NCBI GenBank assembly: GCA_018985225.1
Contig: JADGIF010000263.1
Location: 1-12,372 of the forward strand
DNA from: Amoeboradix gromovi X-113
Lineage: Eukaryota > Fungi > Sanchytriomycota
Direction: 5' to 3'
DNA length: 12,372 bases
Shown: one piece after another, positions 7,516-12,372 of the stretch
Numbering within the stretch: the first letter of the stretch is position 1
How the letters are laid out: every line of letters starts with the position of its first letter
Made by a program: the position numbers and the translations under genes
Notes under the pieces: model-generated
Told to the model about the DNA's origin: nothing
Seen by the model: only the letters and a program-made list of their open reading frames with translations
The model's database searches: none

Positions 7516-8550
7516 ATGCAAAGTGTCAACTGGTTTGCGAAAATCACTTCCAAATCACATTTCAAGACTACTACTATTAAGCCGTTCAAAAAATCAGGAT
7601 TCTTACAATCCATTACTAAGCCGGACAAAGACGGAATGGTTACATACACTCCCAAGTCACCAAGTTTACGGCATCGCAAGGATATAGATTATAAATCATT
7701 AGACATATATACTGGACTTCCTGTAGATGGATTAAGCTTTTTCAAAAAGCAAAATGCAGGTAGGAATGATACGGGCAGAATAACTGTTCGTGGAAAGGGT
7801 GGAGGAATGAAGAAACTAGTTAGAATTGTAGATTTCAAAAGGTATGCGCCTGGAAAGAAAATGGTGATTCGAATCGAAAAGGATCCGTGGAGAACTGGAT
7901 TTTTAGCTTTGCTTGAGGAAATGGACTCTCCCATGAATGGGGAACCCAAATCTCAATCTTATATACTGGCCACTGAAGGGCTGAAAAAAGGTGATATAGT
8001 CACTAGTTATGCACAAGGTTTACCTAAAGCCAACGACGAAATTCACGAAAATATTTTTACCACAGGAAACTGCTTTAAAATCAAAGATATTCCTACAGGT
8101 CAAGAAGTATGCGCAATAAGTCTAAACCCTAACAATGGTTACCAAAAGCTATGTCGAAGTGCCGGATCATTTGCAATTGTTCAAAATAAAGGCAAAATAC
8201 ATAATGGCATACAGTATGCTCAGATGAAAATGAAAAGTGGAGAGCTAAGATTAGTCGACATGAGATGCTTAGCTGTGATTGGGCGTGTAAGCAACTCTAA
8301 TCACCATAACACCGTAGTGGGCTCTGCTGGTAGAAACAGACACCTTGGTAGGAAACCTAAGGTAAGAGGTGTAGCTATGAATCCTGTAGACCATCCACAC
8401 GGTGGTGGTGAGAGAAGAGGAAAAGGTATTGATCCACAATCTAGATCTGGTGTGCTGGCCAAAGGAGGAATTACAAGAAGCAAAAGAAAAGCAAATTGGC
8501 ACATAATTAAAGCGCGGCCTAGAGGATATGAAATAAGAGGTAAAAAGTAA
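7516..8550 (+). CDS. RML2: Mitochondrial large ribosomal subunit protein uL2m (Rml2/MRPL2)
   Basis: Bacterial-type L2 motifs GRNDTGRITVRGKGGG, RIVDFKR, IEKDPWRT, RSAGSFA, KSGELR, KVRGVAMNPVDHPHGGG. Fungal-like insertion before GNC and C-terminal RPRG. The ORF is open from ATG 7426, but ATG 7516 gives an acid-free K/S/T/F-rich presequence (MQSVNWFAKITSKSHFKTTTIKPFKKSG). AATAAA at 8557-8562. Confidence 0.95.
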   Translation: MQSVNWFAKITSKSHFKTTTIKPFKKSGFLQSITKPDKDGMVTYTPKSPSLRHRKDIDYKSLDIYTGLPVDGLSFFKKQNAGRNDTGRITVRGKGGGMKKLVRIVDFKRYAPGKKMVIRIEKDPWRTGFLALLEEMDSPMNGEPKSQSYILATEGLKKGDIVTSYAQGLPKANDEIHENIFTTGNCFKIKDIPTGQEVCAISLNPNNGYQKLCRSAGSFAIVQNKGKIHNGIQYAQMKMKSGELRLVDMRCLAVIGRVSNSNHHNTVVGSAGRNRHLGRKPKVRGVAMNPVDHPHGGGERRGKGIDPQSRSGVLAKGGITRSKRKANWHIIKARPRGYEIRGKK

Positions 8551-9163
8551 TTAGTAAATAAAGCCACGAAATTTGAATTAACTTTGACTAAATTTTTACT
8601 GCACCTTGCACACCTTGTAAAAGCGTTCATCGTGCGCTGTCCAGCTTACTCTTGAAGTGCTATGCACTGTTACATGCCTTTAAAAAGTAACTGGCTTTTT
8701 CAGGCAATATCAACTGGGTACCGCCCCACAAAATCTGAAAAAGTGTTGAAATTTATGACTAATAACGCAGAAATGTCGCATATTGAATCACATACGTTCT
8801 AGGAAACAGGAAAATTTTACCAATTTCTATTCTTGTCCGGTAATTACTTCACCACTGCTAAGTAGATCTTCAGTGAGATGAAGACTGCTGTATCATGCAT
8901 TCACGAGACATGCAATCAGAAACTAACCTAATTCAATTTAACAGAGGGTTTGATTGATGCACATAATGGGTGTACCAAAGGAATCGTTGCATCAAGGTTC
9001 GATTCTTACCATTCAGGTTTCTTTTAGGTGCCACAAAAAACTTTTTCCAATTTTTGGTTGTTCATAAAGAATAGGAACATTGGGGTTTATAAATATTTCG
9101 ATTTATTCTATCATAACTCCTCGTTAAAAGACCTGATTTCCGAGAAAATCGAGAATTTCCACA

Positions 9164-9188
9164 GAGAAATTAGCAATGCTAGTTTCTC
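9164..9188. repeat. 25-bp near-perfect palindrome
   Basis: GAGAAATTAGCA-A-TGCTAGTTTCTC, 11/12 complementary with one T:G pair. Confidence 0.55.
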
Positions 9189-9571
9189 CGTTACAGTGAT
9201 TGCTCAGGCTTGCACTACCCTGAGGCGGGATTAAATAAGGATGCAGATACTTGATGTATATGTTCCTTGCTGCCATATGGTCTCTATATATCTTCAAATG
9301 ACACTTTGTACAGGGTCAGGTTTCTAAATTGGTTCTCTTTAGAGTACCACACCTTGTACATGGAATCGAATTTCCGTGTTTGGACCAGCTTATCAGTCTG
9401 AGACGAATGTATTCTGTACCTTTTAGTTATTTATTTAGAATTGATTTACCACTTGTGAAAAGGAAGAACATCAAGTATTTAAGTTATTTGAAAAATCATA
9501 AATTATACAAAAATGCATACAAATCCGCGATAAATGATATATTCAAAACAATCGAGCTGCAACTCCTTGAA

Positions 9572-11200
9572 ATGTTCCAACTTCCAAATATTGATAACGA
9601 GCCTATTCCAAACTATGAGCCCGGTAGTGCTGAAAGACAAAAATTGCAATCAGCTTTAGAAGATCTAGTGAAAGAGTTTCCTGTTCAGGTACCTATTGTG
9701 GTCAACGGTAAACCTATCTTCAACGAAAATCAAGATGTCCAATATAATCCAAGCAACCATCACCAAAAAGTATGTTCTTTTTCATTAGCAACCAAACAAC
9801 AGGTCCAATCTGCTATCGATGGTGCTTTGAAGGCAAGAGAATCCTGGGATTTATTAGATTTTCAACACAAAGCTGCTATCTTTTTAAAAGCAGCTGATTT
9901 GCTATCAGGCAAGTACAGATACAGAGTTATGGCTGCTACTATGTTAGGCCAGGGCAAAAATGTTTGGCAAGCTGCTATTGACTCACACGCTGAGCTAGTA
10001 GACTTTTGGAGGTTTAACGTGCAATATGCATATGAGATTATGGCAACTCAACCCAAAAAACATTCACCTCATGTTTGGAATAGACTAGAATATCGAGGGT
10101 TAGAAGGCTTTGTTTACTCAATCTCACCCTTCAACTTCACTGCAATTGGTGGTAACTTACCTAGTGCTCCATCTATCATGGGCAATGTGAACATCTGGAA
10201 ACCCTCTCCATCTGCTGTGCTCAGCAACTACATAGTGTATCAAATACTTGAAGACGCAGGTATCCCTCCTGGTGTAATTCAGTTTATTCCTGGCGATGCA
10301 GTCATGGTAACCGATATCTGTCTAAAGTCTCCTGACTTTGCAGGATTACACTTCACAGGATCTACTGCTGTTTTCAAGTCTTTGTGGTCCAAAATTGGTG
10401 ACAATTTAAGCTTGTACAAGAATTATCCTCGCATTGTTGGAGAAACTGGTGGGAAGAACATGCATTTTATCCATCCTAGTGCCGACCTAGATAATGCTAG
10501 TAACCAGATTATCAGAGGAGGGTTCGAATATCAAGGCCAGAAGTGTTCTGCTCTAAGCCGTGTTTATTGTCCTTTTACCCTTTTTGACAAATTAAAAGAA
10601 TCCTTGTTGCACAAATGCAGTTTAATCAAAGTAGGCTCTGTGGTTGAATTAGATGCTTTTATGACTCCGGTCATCAACAAAACCGCCTTTAATAAAATCA
10701 AACGTTTCATCGAGGAAGCCAAAAATGACAGCGAATGTGAGTTGCTATTTGGTGGTAGATGTGACGACAGCATTGGTTATTTTATTGATCCAACAATCAT
10801 CAAAGTAAGTAGTACGCGTAATAAGCTATTTAAGCAAGAGGTTTTTGGGCCTGTGGTTGCTATTTATGTGTACAAGGATGAAGAATGTATGAATGTATTG
10901 AAAGAAGCAGCTCACGATTCTGATTATGCATTAACTGGATCAATATTTGCGCAGGATAGGGATGCCATTGAGACTGCGTTAAAAGTGCTTAGACATGCTG
11001 CTGGTAACTTTTATATTAATGATAAGTGCACCGGAGCTGTAGTTGGACAGCAGGCTTTTGGAGGGGGAAGAATGAGTGGCACAAATGATAAAGCAGGAGC
11101 TGGAATGAATCTGTTGAGATGGACTAGCGCACGATCAATTAAAGAAAGTTTAGTAGGATTGCAAGGAGACGACGCATTCTTGTATCCAAGTAACAAGTAA
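9572..11200 (+). CDS. PUT2: Delta-1-pyrroline-5-carboxylate (glutamate-semialdehyde) dehydrogenase, ALDH4/Put2
   Basis: NEP..Y.PGS.ER N-terminus, ISPFNFTAIGGNL, WKPS, LHFTGST, catalytic Glu in GETGGKN, catalytic Cys in FEYQGQKCSA, EVFGPV, YALTGSIFA, YINDKCTGAVVGQQAFGGGRMSGTNDKAG. Homology begins at ATG 9572 (542 aa). An alternative in-frame ATG lies at 9407, and the track start 9329 is a TTG. Confidence 0.96.
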   Translation: MFQLPNIDNEPIPNYEPGSAERQKLQSALEDLVKEFPVQVPIVVNGKPIFNENQDVQYNPSNHHQKVCSFSLATKQQVQSAIDGALKARESWDLLDFQHKAAIFLKAADLLSGKYRYRVMAATMLGQGKNVWQAAIDSHAELVDFWRFNVQYAYEIMATQPKKHSPHVWNRLEYRGLEGFVYSISPFNFTAIGGNLPSAPSIMGNVNIWKPSPSAVLSNYIVYQILEDAGIPPGVIQFIPGDAVMVTDICLKSPDFAGLHFTGSTAVFKSLWSKIGDNLSLYKNYPRIVGETGGKNMHFIHPSADLDNASNQIIRGGFEYQGQKCSALSRVYCPFTLFDKLKESLLHKCSLIKVGSVVELDAFMTPVINKTAFNKIKRFIEEAKNDSECELLFGGRCDDSIGYFIDPTIIKVSSTRNKLFKQEVFGPVVAIYVYKDEECMNVLKEAAHDSDYALTGSIFAQDRDAIETALKVLRHAAGNFYINDKCTGAVVGQQAFGGGRMSGTNDKAGAGMNLLRWTSARSIKESLVGLQGDDAFLYPSNK

Positions 11201-11384
11201 ATAGATGTGAATTGTTAGTCTTATGTATATTTCGGTAGAGATGCGCTACTTTTAACTACCATGAAGGCTTAAATGCAGTTTTTCAAACAATGTGGTACAA
11301 AGACCTTGCACGTTTGGAGAGCGCTACGCATAGTTCGCAGAGGAGAATGTAACCAAAGGCATTTATTTTACAAGTGATTCCATG

Positions 11385-12080
11385 TTAGGAATAAATTGAG
11401 TTTATGAGCAATTGTTCATCGTCTTTGTCTGCATCATTATTATGCTTATTTTGAGTTAGAATGTGATTGCACAATGGGCAAGTTGGCTTAAATTGTCTTA
11501 CCCCTGCCCATGCCAAAATACAATCCAAATGAAACCTATGATGGCAGATAGTCTGAACATGATCAAGTCCCAGTTCTTCTAAACAAATTGGACAGGTTTC
11601 AGCTGCATGCTTGATTTCCTCGACTTCATTTATCGACTGTTCACTCCTGACAACAATATCCGGTAATACAGGTGCCAAAATGTGGCGAGTTGGCAGTACT
11701 GTACTTGTATCTGCTTCTCTCTTGCGTAGACCTACTGCAACAATTGGAACTGTAGATGTAACAAATAACAGTTGAACGAGAGAAAGTAATACAACAAAAA
11801 AAAAGAGTCCATAAATACTTCCAAATACGCAACTAAATGCCAGCAAAGAACAAAATAAAGCAATCAATATCTTATGAGTCTTGTGGAATATGGGCTCTGA
11901 AAACACCCATAGTAATACGATTGTGGCAGGAAGTATTGCCAAGAGACAGTGCATAAAGATAAAGATAGCTAATACATATACCGGAATACTAGCTGAGATA
12001 TACCTCAAAACTGCCATTCTATTCACGAGTATAGGAGCAATTAATACATGGGAAACAAATTTGACCCAGAATGGATTCAT
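11385..12080 (-). CDS. Multi-pass membrane RING-H2 (C3H2C3) E3 ubiquitin ligase
   Basis: CPIC-x12-CHHRFH-x2-C-x13-CPLC with the conserved Trp (CILAW), preceded by about four hydrophobic segments. First ATG is 12080, with 12017 as alternative. The track start 12134 is a TTG. Minus-strand AATAAA at 11362-11367. Confidence 0.88.
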   Translation of the reverse strand: MNPFWVKFVSHVLIAPILVNRMAVLRYISASIPVYVLAIFIFMHCLLAILPATIVLLWVFSEPIFHKTHKILIALFCSLLAFSCVFGSIYGLFFFVVLLSLVQLLFVTSTVPIVAVGLRKREADTSTVLPTRHILAPVLPDIVVRSEQSINEVEEIKHAAETCPICLEELGLDHVQTICHHRFHLDCILAWAGVRQFKPTCPLCNHILTQNKHNNDADKDDEQLLINSIYS

Positions 12081-12338
12081 TTTACATTCAACGAGTAATG
12101 CACAACTTGTACGCAGACAATCAATTTGAACCAATCAATTTAGCAGTATACACCCGACCATGAATAGCACACGAATGAGTCACATGTGATAAATCCCGAT
12201 CCTGAATGTCAGATCTAAAGAAATAACTATTAGGAATAGCATACACTCATCAGCATTGAGAACTGTTGTGGATTCTCTCGATTTTTTCAGAAATCACGTC
12301 TTTTAATGTGGAGCTCAGTAGCATCTTAATTTGGTAGA

Positions 12339-12360
12339 AATAAAATCAAATAAATTTATT
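12339..12360. terminator. Clustered polyadenylation-like hexamers, including palindromic AATAAATTTATT
   Basis: AATAAA at 12339-12344 and 12349-12354 on the plus strand and at 12355-12360 on the minus strand. By analogy with other genes here, a minus-strand gene probably ends just beyond the window. Confidence 0.35.
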
Positions 12361-12372
12361 CATGCTTCAGTT

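Noticed and set aside
8840-8944. Possible intron (GTAATT ... ACTAAC ... ACAG)
   Set aside because: Splice-like signals are present, but I found no flanking reading frame that they would join.
9145-9175. U6 snRNA-like string ACAGAGAAATTAGCA (U6: ACAGAGAAGATTAGCA)
   Set aside because: One base is missing in the invariant region, no U6 internal stem-loop or 3' U-tract follows, and the string is explained as one arm of a local palindrome. An Rfam cmscan would settle it.
9028-9234. 68-aa plus-strand ORF
   Set aside because: GTG start in a eukaryotic context, low-complexity AT-driven composition, no homology recognised.
793-12129. Short antisense/overlapping ORFs in the track (793, 1337, 1383, 2665, 6509, 7437, 7689, 8269, 8301, 10564, 11011, 11641, 11881)
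   Set aside because: All are shadows of longer well-supported CDSs, many with non-ATG starts and no recognisable motifs.
1-12372. Alternative genetic code (TAA/TAG read as Gln), CRISPR array, tRNA/rRNA genes
   Set aside because: Conserved proteins end at TAA where expected and contain no in-frame stops. No regularly spaced repeats, cloverleaf or rRNA-like segments were seen.

Overview
AT-rich (roughly 35% GC by eye), gene-dense eukaryotic nuclear DNA with no introns needed in any gene. It is most consistent with a compact early-diverging fungal or fungus-related genome. It uses the standard code (TAA and TAG act as stops) and has a translating mitochondrion. The right half is housekeeping: tail-anchored CDKAL1 tRNA methylthiotransferase (-), head-to-head with mitochondrial ribosomal protein uL2m (+), then P5C dehydrogenase Put2/ALDH4 (+) and a multi-pass membrane RING-H2 E3 ligase (-). 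The left half is accessory: a tandem array of three highly diverged, co-oriented ~410-440 aa paralogues of an unrecognised family, each with a short signal-peptide-like N-terminus (candidate secreted effectors), plus a possible decayed fourth copy. A 232-bp non-autonomous DNA transposon (imperfect TIRs, GAG...CCC ends, AAAT target-site duplication, Sola-like signature) sits in the promoter of the second paralogue. Most genes have an AGGAG/CTCCT-type purine/pyrimidine motif within about 35 nt of the likely ATG and an AATAAA at or close after the stop, suggesting extremely short UTRs.
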